Positions 25,042 to 34,779 of a stretch of 64,000 nucleotides of DNA are shown in pieces. Positions within the stretch are counted from its first letter, which is position 1, and every line of letters starts with the position of its first letter. Below the pieces are notes generated by a model. That model had not been told where the DNA came from, did not search any database, and saw only the letters and a program-made list of their open reading frames with translations. The DNA comes from an uncultured Clostridia bacterium (GTDB lineage Bacteria; Bacillota; Clostridia; Christensenellales; Borkfalkiaceae). The position numbers and the translations under genes were made by a program. The DNA is taken from contig CAKQQS010000002.1 in the NCBI GenBank assembly GCA_934271255.1, positions 112,684 through 176,683 on the forward strand. The letters are read 5' to 3'.

Positions 25042-25660
25042 TCGCTTTCTTTAATGTTTTTTCCGTTATTCTTTGTTTTTTTAACGTAAAATCATCATGC
25101 ATAGACACGCTGACGACGTATTCATTTTTAAGTGTAAACGTTTTTGTAACGCCGCCGTCGTTGTTTAAAAATACGCTTGTTCCGTAAAGTTTTGCCAAAC
25201 TTTCTTTTTTAGTCCAGCATTTGAAAAAATAGGTTTTTTTTCTTTTTTTTAATTTGATTAAATTATACTTTTCAATTTCCTTATCGGAAAAAATCCTGAT
25301 TATTTTATCGAAATCCGCGCTTTTGATTTTTTCTGCGTCGCAACCGACTTCTTTGCTTGAACAGGTCAAAATCACAAGCCCGTCCGTGTGCGAAATATTA
25401 TAATAAAAATCCTTGTGATTTGTTATATACGGTTTGTCGTATTCGTTGGTATGAAAAACGCACTTGGAATAATCGACGTTTTCTTTTTTCAGCGCGTAAA
25501 TCAAAAGCAGTTCGGCTAAAAGAGAAAGTCTTTTTTTCTCATTTTCGATGAGAGAGGATATTTTTTCTTTTCTCGCGGAGTTAACTTGCGAATAGAAAAA
25601 ATCAAAGTTTTTTTCGTCGGATAAAACGTCCTCGTTTGCGTATAATACAGTGCATATCAT
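25028..25660 (-). CDS. Sfp-type 4'-phosphopantetheinyl transferase
   Basis: ISHTDG...VGCDAEKI and WTKKESLAKLYG motifs. Confidence 0.75.
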   Translation of the reverse strand: MICTVLYANEDVLSDEKNFDFFYSQVNSARKEKISSLIENEKKRLSLLAELLLIYALKKENVDYSKCVFHTNEYDKPYITNHKDFYYNISHTDGLVILTCSSKEVGCDAEKIKSADFDKIIRIFSDKEIEKYNLIKLKKRKKTYFFKCWTKKESLAKLYGTSVFLNNDGGVTKTFTLKNEYVVSVSMHDDFTLKKQRITEKTLKKAITAR

Positions 25661-25697
25661 ATTTTAAGTATAACATAAAACCGTTTACGTTACAATA

Positions 25698-25723
25698 AAA
25701 AGACACCGAATTTCGGTGTCTTT
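25698..25723 (-). terminator. Intrinsic terminator after trmL
   Basis: Stem AAAGACACCGAA/TTCGGTGTCTTT. Confidence 0.75.
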
Positions 25724-25727
25724 ACGT

Positions 25728-26237
25728 TTATTTTTCGTTTAATTCCGACCAAGTGTGTTCGTGCAGTTCCCCTACTTCCGTTAATCCGAAATAGTCGTTT
25801 TGTCTTAACGCTTCGTATACGGCTATTGCAACCGAGTTGCTCAAATTGAGAGATCTTGCGTCCGCAAACATAGGTATTCTCAAACATTCGTCGGGATGTT
25901 GCATTAAAAGTTCTTCGGGCAATCCTTTCGTTTCTTTACCGAATACCAAAAAATCCCCGTCCCGAAACTTAACGTCGCTGTGTCTTTTTCTTCCCTTGGT
26001 AGTGAAATAAAAAAATCTTGCGTTCGGGTTTTTATCCAGCACTTCTTGAAAACTGTCGTAATAAGTAACTTTTAACAGATTCCAGTAATCAAGTCCCGCT
26101 CTTTTTAAAGTTTTGTCGCTTATTTCAAATCCGAGCGGTCTTACCAGATGAAGCGCGGATTGAGTTACGGCGCAAGTCCTTGAAATATTGCCAGTATTTT
26201 GCGGTATTTCGGGTTCAACTAAAACGATGTTAAACAT
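25728..26237 (-). CDS. trmL: tRNA (cytidine/uridine34-2'-O)-methyltransferase TrmL (SpoU family)
   Basis: MFNIVLVEPEIPQNTGNISRTC N-terminus and SPOUT C-terminal motif (SLNLSNSVAI). Confidence 0.8.
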   Translation of the reverse strand: MFNIVLVEPEIPQNTGNISRTCAVTQSALHLVRPLGFEISDKTLKRAGLDYWNLLKVTYYDSFQEVLDKNPNARFFYFTTKGRKRHSDVKFRDGDFLVFGKETKGLPEELLMQHPDECLRIPMFADARSLNLSNSVAIAVYEALRQNDYFGLTEVGELHEHTWSELNEK

Positions 26238-26241
26238 ATTT

Positions 26242-27387
26242 TTACGCCTTATAAATAATCTTGCCTTCTCTAATCGTCATTAAAACGTTAAAGTCTTTGT
26301 CGAGAACGGTTAAATCTGCGATTTTACCTTCTTTTATACTGCCTAATTTATCGTATACGCCAAGATTTAACGCAGGATTTTTCGTTGCGCAGTCAATCGC
26401 TTGTTCAAACGGAACGCCTACTTTTTCGACAAGATTTTTAACCGCGCTGTTCATAACGAGAACGCTTCCCGCAAGAGTACCGTCGGCAAGCCTTGCTTCG
26501 CCGTCTTTAACGTAAACGGTTTGTCCGCCGAGTTCGCTTACACCGTCGCCTAACCCTTTTGCTCTCATTGCGTCTGTTATAAGGGTAAGTTTATCGCACG
26601 GTTTGCATTTTGCCAAAAGTTTCATTGCCGGTACGGAAACGTGAATGGTATCGGCGATAAGTTCGGAGTTGAGTTCGTCGTATAAAAGCGCGCTGCCGAC
26701 AACCCCGATTTCTCTGTGATGAAGCGGGCTTTGAGCGTTATAAGTGTGCGTTACGCTTGTCGCTCCCCAAACTATCGCGTTTAAAACGTCTGAGTTTTTC
26801 GCTCCGCTGTGTCCTATCGACGCAACGATGTTTTTATCGGCCAGATGTTTGATGAATTGCTCCGCGCCGTCCGTTTCGGGCGCTAACGTAACGATTTTTA
26901 TCGCGTTTCCGCTTGCGTCGTTATATTCGTCGAAAGTTTCTACGTCGGGATTTTTTACGTATTCTAGCGGTTGCGCACCTATGTGTTTTGGTGAAATAAA
27001 CGGACCTTCTAAATGAACGCCTAATACTCTCGCCCCGTCTTTCGGATCTTTTTCCATATAATTTTTGACGGCTTTCATTGCGGAAAGAATATTCTCTTTG
27101 CTTTGAGTCATCGTCGTTGCCAAAAACGTGGCGGTTCCCTCTTTTTTAACGGTATCCGCTATAATTTTCAACGAATCGAAATCGCCGTCCATTGCGTCCG
27201 AGCCGCCCGCGCCGTGAATGTGTTCGTCGATAAATGCAGGAACGACGACTGCATCGTCGGGCAACTCTATCACGTCGACGTTCTGAACGTCTTGACCTAT
27301 GGTTTTAATTTCGTTATCGAAAGTAAGATTCGTTTTGATAACGCCCTTACCTTCAACGTATATTTTCGTATTTTTAAACGCTAACAT
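26242..27387 (-). CDS. nagA: N-acetylglucosamine-6-phosphate deacetylase
   Basis: Amidohydrolase motifs (DEHIHGAGG, HLEGPF, GHS, THTYNA) next to nagB. Confidence 0.9.
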   Translation of the reverse strand: MLAFKNTKIYVEGKGVIKTNLTFDNEIKTIGQDVQNVDVIELPDDAVVVPAFIDEHIHGAGGSDAMDGDFDSLKIIADTVKKEGTATFLATTMTQSKENILSAMKAVKNYMEKDPKDGARVLGVHLEGPFISPKHIGAQPLEYVKNPDVETFDEYNDASGNAIKIVTLAPETDGAEQFIKHLADKNIVASIGHSGAKNSDVLNAIVWGATSVTHTYNAQSPLHHREIGVVGSALLYDELNSELIADTIHVSVPAMKLLAKCKPCDKLTLITDAMRAKGLGDGVSELGGQTVYVKDGEARLADGTLAGSVLVMNSAVKNLVEKVGVPFEQAIDCATKNPALNLGVYDKLGSIKEGKIADLTVLDKDFNVLMTIREGKIIYKA

Positions 27388-27396
27388 ATTTTCACC

Positions 27397-28122
27397 TTAT
27401 TTAATTAAACTTGCAGCGTCTTCGTCGCAAACGAGAACGCAATTCGGGTGCAATTGTAAAATGCTGGCGGGAACGTCTGTCGTAACTTCGCCTTTTACGA
27501 GCCCGTAGACGGCTTTTGCTTTATTTTTGCCGTTTGCAAGTATCAATATTTGTTTTGCGTTCATAATGTTTTTTAACCCCATAGTAAAGGCTTGACGCGG
27601 TACGTCGTCTATCGACGCAAAAAATCTTGCGTTGTCTTTTATCGTATTTTCCGTAAGGTCGACTATATGAGTAACGCTGCCGAACGGCGTGCCGGGTTCG
27701 TTAAATGCGATATGTCCGTTGGAGCCTATGCCCAAAACCTGAATGTCTTGTTGCGTATTCGCTAAAAGTTCGTTGTATCTGTCGCATTCCGCTTGTCTGT
27801 CGGTTGCTTTACCGTTTTCTATGTTTGTATTTTTTAAGTCGATGTCGATATGATCGAAAAGGTTTTCTCTCATAAAATAGATATAACTTTGGTCGCTCGA
27901 ATAATCGAGCCCCGCGTACTCGTCAAGATTCGTCGTTTTAATGTTTTTGTAACTCGTACCGTTTTCTTTATGATCTTTTATCATGTTTTTGTATAAGCCT
28001 ATCGGCGTGGAGCCTGTCGCAAGTCCGATAATCGCGTCGGGCTTATGTTTTACGATTTCAGCCATTACTTCAAAGGCTTTTTCACTCATTTCGTCGTAAT
28101 TTTTCGTTATTATTATTTTCAT
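27397..28122 (-). CDS. nagB: Glucosamine-6-phosphate deaminase
   Basis: GLATGSTP, LDEY and GIGSNGHIAFNEPG motifs. Confidence 0.9.
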   Translation of the reverse strand: MKIIITKNYDEMSEKAFEVMAEIVKHKPDAIIGLATGSTPIGLYKNMIKDHKENGTSYKNIKTTNLDEYAGLDYSSDQSYIYFMRENLFDHIDIDLKNTNIENGKATDRQAECDRYNELLANTQQDIQVLGIGSNGHIAFNEPGTPFGSVTHIVDLTENTIKDNARFFASIDDVPRQAFTMGLKNIMNAKQILILANGKNKAKAVYGLVKGEVTTDVPASILQLHPNCVLVCDEDAASLIK

Positions 28123-28133
28123 AAAAAATCTCC

Positions 28134-29498
28134 TTAATCTATATCGGGGTAAAGGGATGCCGCCGCAATGCTTTGACCGACTCTTCTATTCGATTCGTCG
28201 GGTAAACTTATGTCGATTTGGCTGTATTCGGGATATTCTTCTTTTAAAACCTTTCTGCACGTTTCAAGAATAACGTTACCGCCGAGTCCGCCCGTAACCC
28301 TTCCTAAAAGTAAGATATGTTTCATGTCGTAAAACTTTGCATAATACGGAATGGTATACGCCAAATATACGCCTATATCTTCGTAAATCGTTTTTGCAAG
28401 CAAGTCGCCCTTTTCCATAAGCGCTTGAATTACTTTCAATTTTTGAGCGGGAGTCAACCCGTCTTCAAACTTAAATCCGCCCATTTCGGCAAGTTTGATT
28501 ACCGCGTCTTGCGAGAAATATTTACAACCTACTCCGTAATCTCCGCTCCATTCGTCTTGCATCGCTTCGTCTTGTAAATCTACGGGAACGAACGCAAGTT
28601 CGCTAAGCCATCCGTTGATGCCGCCGTCTTTGTTAATGTATCCTACCGCTTCGCTCGTACCCATAGCGATACCTAAAACACGGTTATCGTTTAAATCTAT
28701 GCTTCCGGCAAGAGCGGTAACGTCGCCGTCGTTTGCAACTTCTATCGGCGCGCCCATTTCTTTGGCAACGTTGATATACATATTTTTAACGTAATCGCCG
28801 TATTTTTGTTTGTCTACTTTAAGGAAAAGGGAAGCAACCATTATTTTGTTTTCAACGTATACGCCCGCCGAAGAAACGCCTATGCTGTCGACTCTCGGCA
28901 TTTTGCTTGCAGCCGTTTTCATAGCCGTCAAAATCTCGTTGTAATGATAATGCGGATCTTCGGTAACTTTCGGATTCCAAACGACTTCTTCGCTGTATAC
29001 GACGTTACCGTCGATAACCGCGCTTACTTTTCTGTCCGAGCCGCCCGCGTCGAATCCTATTCTGCACCCTTTCAAAAATCCTCCTACTTTCATGGAAGCG
29101 TTCTTTTGTTCGGGAACGTCTTTTTCTTCAAGATACCCTACTTCAAACGGCTTTTCGTAAACGCCCGACATAAAATCTTCGTCGAACGCTCTGTCGCCCG
29201 TTTTTGTATACGCTTTTTTAAGTCTTTCGTAAATGACTTTGCTTCCCGCAATCTCGATTTTATACCCGCCGCAAACCCATAAAATGGTTTTTGCGAGTCT
29301 TTCCGCGATTTTGTAATTATAATCGTCGTTAACGCCGTCTGCAAATCCGTTATAAGAGTATACGTAATTATACCCGCCGTTTCTGGTAACGACAATCGTT
29401 ATTTTTTGTTGTTTGTCCGAATTGAGAACCGCTTTATCGTAATCTTCCAGCGCTTTTATCATGGGATAAAAGTTCTTATCGAGTATCGGTCTGATCAT
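28134..29498 (-). CDS. ROK-like (ASKHA-fold) sugar kinase with an N-terminal extension of about 140 aa. By context probably a GlcNAc kinase.
   Basis: IGFDAGGSDRKV and ANDGDVTALAG motifs. No ROK zinc motif seen. First gene of the nag operon. Confidence 0.5.
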   Translation of the reverse strand: MIRPILDKNFYPMIKALEDYDKAVLNSDKQQKITIVVTRNGGYNYVYSYNGFADGVNDDYNYKIAERLAKTILWVCGGYKIEIAGSKVIYERLKKAYTKTGDRAFDEDFMSGVYEKPFEVGYLEEKDVPEQKNASMKVGGFLKGCRIGFDAGGSDRKVSAVIDGNVVYSEEVVWNPKVTEDPHYHYNEILTAMKTAASKMPRVDSIGVSSAGVYVENKIMVASLFLKVDKQKYGDYVKNMYINVAKEMGAPIEVANDGDVTALAGSIDLNDNRVLGIAMGTSEAVGYINKDGGINGWLSELAFVPVDLQDEAMQDEWSGDYGVGCKYFSQDAVIKLAEMGGFKFEDGLTPAQKLKVIQALMEKGDLLAKTIYEDIGVYLAYTIPYYAKFYDMKHILLLGRVTGGLGGNVILETCRKVLKEEYPEYSQIDISLPDESNRRVGQSIAAASLYPDID

Positions 29499-29592
29499 AT
29501 CAATATCTCCTTTGTTATATTTGATTATAGTATAATATTTTCATTCGTCTTTTTCAATATAAAATATTACCCGATATTTATAAAATAGTATG

Positions 29593-29618
29593 GTAAAATG
29601 TTTTATAAAATATTTTAC
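29593..29618. promoter_or_regulatory. 26-bp near-perfect palindrome (candidate operator)
   Basis: GTAAAATG-TTTTATAAAA-TATTTTAC, with 12 of 13 base pairs symmetric. It overlaps the -35 of the araC-family gene. Confidence 0.6.
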
Positions 29619-29642
29619 AAAACGGTTTTATTTTGTTATACT
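29614..29642 (+). promoter_or_regulatory. Sigma-A promoter (extended -10) of the araC-family gene
   Basis: TTTACA (29614..29619), 17 nt, TGtTATACT (29634..29642). The ATG lies 6 nt after the -10. Confidence 0.6.
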
Positions 29643-29648
29643 TGAAAT

Positions 29649-30518
29649 ATGGAAAATCAATTTTATAAAACGGCTGTTTCAAAGCCGATAACGGTTAAAA
29701 GTATTTATACGATACATTATCAGGCGTTGCTTAAAAATTATGTTTCGGAAAGCGAATTTCACGACTTTTGGGAAATCATTTACGCCGATAAGGAAAGTAT
29801 CGACGTTGTTATCGAAAACGAAAAATATCATCTCAATCAAGGCGAAGTCGTATTTATTGCGCCTAACCTTAACCACTATGTTATCGCCGCCAACAACGAG
29901 CCTAATATTTTTATTATAAGTTTTGAATGCAAATCGCGCGCGATGAGTTATTTTAACGGAAAAAAACTTAAAATCAGCGATAAAAACAAGAATCTTTTAC
30001 AAGAAATCGTTAAAGAAGCGGACGGCACGTTTATCATACCCGAGTTCAATCCGAACTTGCATCAACTTAAATTAAAGGACGACTCAAACTTCGGCGGAAT
30101 AATGGCAATATCAAATCTGCTCGAATTGTTTCTTATAAGACTTTTACGCGGGCTGAACGACGAAACGTCCCCTTATCGTTTTCTGGTATCTAACGACAAC
30201 GACAACGATTTGAAAGAAAGTATCGTCAAATATTTATCAGATCACGTTTACGATACTTTTTCGTTGAAAGATTTATGCGATAATTTTCATTATAAAAAAG
30301 CGTGGCTGTGTTCTTATTTCTATCGTGAAACGGGAACGCATATTTATCAAACGTATATTAAAATGAAAATGGACGAAGCGAAAAAACTAATTCGTCAAAA
30401 CTACACTTTCGGGGAAATAAGCGATAAATTATGTTACGATAATTTGGGATATTTTTCGGCGTCTTTTAAAAAATACGTCGGAATGACGCCCGGCGAATAT
30501 AAAAAAAGCATAAAATAA
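29649..30518 (+). CDS. AraC-family transcriptional regulator (cupin sensor + HTH)
   Basis: N-terminal cupin-like domain and C-terminal AraC HTH (GYFSASFKKYVGMTPGEYKK). Divergent from the nag operon. Confidence 0.85.
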   Translation: MENQFYKTAVSKPITVKSIYTIHYQALLKNYVSESEFHDFWEIIYADKESIDVVIENEKYHLNQGEVVFIAPNLNHYVIAANNEPNIFIISFECKSRAMSYFNGKKLKISDKNKNLLQEIVKEADGTFIIPEFNPNLHQLKLKDDSNFGGIMAISNLLELFLIRLLRGLNDETSPYRFLVSNDNDNDLKESIVKYLSDHVYDTFSLKDLCDNFHYKKAWLCSYFYRETGTHIYQTYIKMKMDEAKKLIRQNYTFGEISDKLCYDNLGYFSASFKKYVGMTPGEYKKSIK

Positions 30519-30560
30519 AAAAGAATAAATCAAAAGCGACGCTTTGTCGAAAAAATAATG

Positions 30561-30596
30561 AAAACGCCTTACTTTTTTCTGTAAGGCGTTTTTTTA
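30561..30596. terminator. Bidirectional intrinsic terminator
   Basis: Stem AAAACGCCTTAC/GTAAGGCGTTTT, flanked by A- and T-runs. Confidence 0.8.
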
Positions 30597-30597
30597 G

Positions 30598-32388
30598 TTA
30601 TTGTCTGAATTGTTCGTTATATAACGTAGCGTAAGTGCCGTTAAGTTTCATAAGTTCGTCGTGGTTGCCCTGTTCGATGATACCGTCTTGCGTAACGACG
30701 GCTATCTCGTCGGCGTTTTTGACGGTAGAAAGTCTATGCGCTACGACTATCGTCGTTCTTCCGACGCTTAACTTTTCCAACGCTTCTTGAATCTGCATTT
30801 CTGTAATATTGTCGAGCGCGGACGTCGCTTCGTCGAGTATCAGTATTTTAGGATTTTTCAAAAACGCTCTTGCTATCGATATTCTTTGTTTTTGGCCGCC
30901 GGAGAGTTTTACGCCCCTTTCGCCGACTTCCGTATCGAATCCGTCGGGTAAGGACGTTACGAAATCGTAAATATTCGCTTTTTGGGAAGCGTCTATCAAC
31001 TCTTCTTCCGTAGCGTTGAAATTGCCGTATAAAATATTTTCTTTTATACTGCCTGCAAACAAGAACACGTCTTGCGCGACTATTCCTATATTTTTTCTCA
31101 ACGACGCGAGTTTAATATCGCGTATATCGATTCCGTCGATTTTAATGTCGCCTTTCTGAACGTCGTAAAATCTTGGCAATAAATGACATAACGTGGTTTT
31201 TCCGCCGCCGGACGGACCGACGAGCGCAAGCGTTTCACCCGCTTTAACGGTCAAGTTGAAATCGGATATAACCATTTTGTCTTTGTCGTTCGTGCTATAA
31301 CCGAACGTAACGTTTTCAAATGCGATATCGCCTTTTTTAACGGTATAATCGATTGCGTTTGCGCGTTCTTCTTCGGGTTTTATCGCCAAAACTTCTTCGT
31401 AACGTATAAATCCGCTCATGCCGCCCTGTATTTGCTCGAAAATAGAAATAAACGTTCTTATCGGGTTAATTAAAACTACGATGTATAATATAAACGCCGT
31501 TAAGTCGCCTACGTCGATTTTACCGTAATAGAAAAACAAACCGCCCGCAAGTATCGCTACGAAATATAAAAAGTCGGTTAAAAACGTCATGACCGTATGA
31601 AAACTTGCCATAACTCTATACGCTTTCGTCCTTGCCGTCTGAAAGTTTTGGTTGTACGTTTCAAAAGTATCGCTTTGGTGTTTTTCGGCGGTGTACGCTC
31701 TTGAAACTCTTATTCCGGCAACCGCGCTTTCGATACTTGAATTGATTTCGCTCGTTTCTTCTCTCATTCGTTTCCATGCCTGCATTAAAGACTTTCTGGC
31801 AATCGTAAGATAGATTACGATGAGCGGAATTACCGTAGCGACTATAAGCGAAAGCCACGGGTTGACGAATACCAGTAAAATTATCGCGCCGATAATCGTG
31901 ATGACGGATAAAAATAAATCTTCGGGACCGTGATGCGCAAGTTCTGATATTTCAAACAAGTCGTTTATCATTCTCGACATTATTTTGCCCGTTTTGTTTT
32001 CGTCGTAATAGGTAAACGGTAAAGTTTGCAAGTGCGCGAACATTTTTCTACGCATATCGCCTTGTATTCTTACGCCTACCAAATGTCCGTAATATTCTAC
32101 GAAATACGTCAACCCCGCTTTAACGAGATAAACCGCAAGCAAAGCCCCTAACCAAACGAGCATAAAGTTTAATTGTTTGTTCGGTATAAAATTATTGATA
32201 ACGTTTTTCGTGATAAACGGATAAAATAAGTTGCAAACCGCTATCAAAAACGCGCAAATCATATCGAGTATGAAGAGTTTGGCGTGCGGTTTGTAATATG
32301 ATGAAAAATCTTTAAGCAGTTTTCTTACCGTGTATGTTTTATTTTTCGTCTTACGTATTTTTTTCAAAACCTTTACCTCTGACTTCAC
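30598..32388 (-). CDS. ABC exporter, fused permease/ATPase (homodimer type)
   Basis: NBD motifs GPSGGGKTT, LSGGQKQR and ILDEATS. The GTG start at 32388 overlaps the YitT gene by 38 nt; a TTG at 32367 after GAGG is an alternative. Confidence 0.85.
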   Translation of the reverse strand: MKSEVKVLKKIRKTKNKTYTVRKLLKDFSSYYKPHAKLFILDMICAFLIAVCNLFYPFITKNVINNFIPNKQLNFMLVWLGALLAVYLVKAGLTYFVEYYGHLVGVRIQGDMRRKMFAHLQTLPFTYYDENKTGKIMSRMINDLFEISELAHHGPEDLFLSVITIIGAIILLVFVNPWLSLIVATVIPLIVIYLTIARKSLMQAWKRMREETSEINSSIESAVAGIRVSRAYTAEKHQSDTFETYNQNFQTARTKAYRVMASFHTVMTFLTDFLYFVAILAGGLFFYYGKIDVGDLTAFILYIVVLINPIRTFISIFEQIQGGMSGFIRYEEVLAIKPEEERANAIDYTVKKGDIAFENVTFGYSTNDKDKMVISDFNLTVKAGETLALVGPSGGGKTTLCHLLPRFYDVQKGDIKIDGIDIRDIKLASLRKNIGIVAQDVFLFAGSIKENILYGNFNATEEELIDASQKANIYDFVTSLPDGFDTEVGERGVKLSGGQKQRISIARAFLKNPKILILDEATSALDNITEMQIQEALEKLSVGRTTIVVAHRLSTVKNADEIAVVTQDGIIEQGNHDELMKLNGTYATLYNEQFRQ

Positions 32389-33397
32389 TCGCGCGCATTA
32401 TGTACGTAAACGAGTTTTCGTCTAAATTTCTAGCAATTTTCTTTAATTCCGCCGTTTGTTTTTTGCTGACGATACAAACGACTATTTTTTTAGGATCTTT
32501 TGAATATGCCCCTTCGCCGTCCAAAATGGTCGCGCCTCTGTGTAAATGATCGAAGATTTGTTCGCAAATCTCTTCCGGCTTAGACGTAACGATATTGAAT
32601 ACGAAAGACGTGTCGGTACCCGTAAAAATGTAATCGGCGACTTTTGAACTCAAAAACAAAGCGATACACGAGAAAATTATCGGCGCGCTTACTCTGACGA
32701 ACACTTCCGTTGCGGGCATTGCGACTTTTGCCGTCAATACGGACGTGATACCGATTAAACCCGAACAAAACGCTATGCTGAAATCGAATATAAACAAAAT
32801 CCAAGCGATGTTCATCGTCGGTTTTTTCTTGTAAATTATCATCGAAATTATTTCCGTTCCGCCCGCGCTTGCGTTGAATTTAAACAAGAGTCCCAAACAC
32901 GCGCCGTCTAAAACGCCGCCTATAATAGCCGCTAAGATTTTAATGCCTACGTTTTGAACGAAAAGCGTAAAGTCGGTTGCTTCCGCAGTGATTCCTGCCG
33001 TTGCCCAAGTAAATTGCGGAACGTTCGTCCACTCAAACACTTTTAACGAACCCGCGTAGAAAAATACGGATAACAACGTCAATAACGCGTATTTTTTGTT
33101 AACGTAAATAAACGCAAGTATAAGTAAAGGAACGTTCAAAAAGAATATTACGATAGACGGGTTTAAAAGAGTTTTTAAAACCGTGGGACTGTTGGGAAAA
33201 TATCCCAAAATATTATAAATAATCGTTGCGATACCGCTTGCGCCGCCGGGAGCAAACCCGTTTGGTATTTGGAACATATAAGTTACCAAAGCCCTGCCTA
33301 TTACGACAAACAAAACGAATATCAATTTTATCGCTTTAAGCAAATATTTTTTAAATAATTCTTTATTATTTTGCCCGTTAGTTTGATTTTCTTCCAT
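32351..33397 (-). CDS. YitT-family membrane protein (C-terminal DUF2179)
   Basis: Polytopic N-terminal region and a soluble C-terminus (GATILDGEGAYSK...). Confidence 0.65.
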   Translation of the reverse strand: MEENQTNGQNNKELFKKYLLKAIKLIFVLFVVIGRALVTYMFQIPNGFAPGGASGIATIIYNILGYFPNSPTVLKTLLNPSIVIFFLNVPLLILAFIYVNKKYALLTLLSVFFYAGSLKVFEWTNVPQFTWATAGITAEATDFTLFVQNVGIKILAAIIGGVLDGACLGLLFKFNASAGGTEIISMIIYKKKPTMNIAWILFIFDFSIAFCSGLIGITSVLTAKVAMPATEVFVRVSAPIIFSCIALFLSSKVADYIFTGTDTSFVFNIVTSKPEEICEQIFDHLHRGATILDGEGAYSKDPKKIVVCIVSKKQTAELKKIARNLDENSFTYIMRASEVRGKGFEKNT

Positions 33398-33405
33398 CGT
33401 ACACC

Positions 33406-34650
33406 TTATTTTATCGACGCTTCGTCGTCGTTGATTTTTATTACAGAGTTATAATAAGCGGTTAAACCTTTTGTCATTACGTCGTAATCTTTTATCGCGA
33501 TTGTTTCCAAAGACGAGTGCATGGAAAGTTGCGCGATACCCAAATCTACGGACGCAACGCTTAAATGCGAAGCGCTGACAGAACCAAGAGTCGAGCCGCT
33601 TCTCATGTCCGATTTGTTATAGAAATCCTGATATTTTACCTTTGCCTTGTCGAATATTTTCTTAATAATCGCCGAAGAAAATCCGTCCGTCGTATAAGCC
33701 ATATTCGCGTGATGCTTTATAACTATGCCTTTACCCATAACGCATTTGTTCGTGGGATCGCATTTTTCAGGATGATTCGGGTGAATCGCATGCGCGTTAT
33801 CAAGAGAAATAAGCAACGTGTTCGATAACGCGATTTTTGTTTCTTCTTCCGTTTTACCGAGAGAGTCGGAAAGGCGTGAAATCGTATCGCTTAAAAAGTT
33901 CGAGTCGGCGCCCTGTTTAGTCAAACTGCCTATTTCTTCGTTGTCGAAAAGACATGCGACGGAAACGTTATCCGATTTACTTTTGATTAAAGCGGTTACG
34001 GAAGATAAAACGCTCGTCTGGTTATCGATTCTAGGCGAACAAAGGAATTCGCCGTCCACACCGCTTTTAAACGGCTTTTGGTCGCTCACTACGAACAAGT
34101 CGTAATCGACTACCTTTTCTTTGCAAAGCGATGAAACGACGTCTTTTTTGCCGAGCCCTATTAAAGGTAAAGTATCGACTTGCGGATTCAAATCAGCCGA
34201 CTCGACCGTTTTCATGTGAATTGCAACGCTTGGAATGGAAATATCGTAATCACTCACGACGTTTTTTGCTTTAAGCGTTTCGCCGTCGTCTACGATGACT
34301 CTCCCCGCGATTTTGAGCGGAACGTCGATAAACGAAGATATAATCGCTCCCCCGTATTTTTCAACGTTTATTTTTGCGTAATCTTCAACGGTTATGTCGG
34401 GATTTCCTTTGATTTTAAAAGACGGCGTATCCGTATGAGAAGCGATTACGTTAAAAGAAAAGTTTTTGCCGACTTTAAATGCGATAAGGCTGCTACCGTT
34501 TCTCGAAACGTAATATTTACCGCCGACTTTTATATTCCATTTCTCGTTTTCGTAAAGTTTTATAAACCCGTTTTTTTCTAAAATATTTATAACGTTCTCA
34601 ACGCTTTGAAACGCCGTGTATGACGTATTTAAAAAAGTTTGTAAATCCAT
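33406..34650 (-). CDS. M18-family (aspartyl) aminopeptidase
   Basis: ASHTDTPSFKIK, FDNEEIGS and MRSGSTLG motifs. Confidence 0.75.
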   Translation of the reverse strand: MDLQTFLNTSYTAFQSVENVINILEKNGFIKLYENEKWNIKVGGKYYVSRNGSSLIAFKVGKNFSFNVIASHTDTPSFKIKGNPDITVEDYAKINVEKYGGAIISSFIDVPLKIAGRVIVDDGETLKAKNVVSDYDISIPSVAIHMKTVESADLNPQVDTLPLIGLGKKDVVSSLCKEKVVDYDLFVVSDQKPFKSGVDGEFLCSPRIDNQTSVLSSVTALIKSKSDNVSVACLFDNEEIGSLTKQGADSNFLSDTISRLSDSLGKTEEETKIALSNTLLISLDNAHAIHPNHPEKCDPTNKCVMGKGIVIKHHANMAYTTDGFSSAIIKKIFDKAKVKYQDFYNKSDMRSGSTLGSVSASHLSVASVDLGIAQLSMHSSLETIAIKDYDVMTKGLTAYYNSVIKINDDEASIK

Positions 34651-34740
34651 AATGACCTCACTTAAAAATACTAAGAATCATTATACAATAAAACAAATAT
34701 TTTAACAACCTTTTTAAGGGTTTAAAAAAGTTTATTTTTT

Positions 34741-34771
34741 AAAAAAATACCGAACGGGTTCGTCCGTTCGG
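34741..34771 (-). terminator. Intrinsic terminator
   Basis: Stem CCGAACGG/CCGTTCGG, U7 on the minus strand. Confidence 0.7.
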
Positions 34772-34779
34772 CAGTTTGA

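Noticed and set aside
34749-34772. LexA-box-like CGAAC...GTTCG sequences, here and at 49505..49527
   Set aside because: The spacing is wrong for the Firmicute CGAAC-N4-GTTCG box. Both are the stems of intrinsic terminators.
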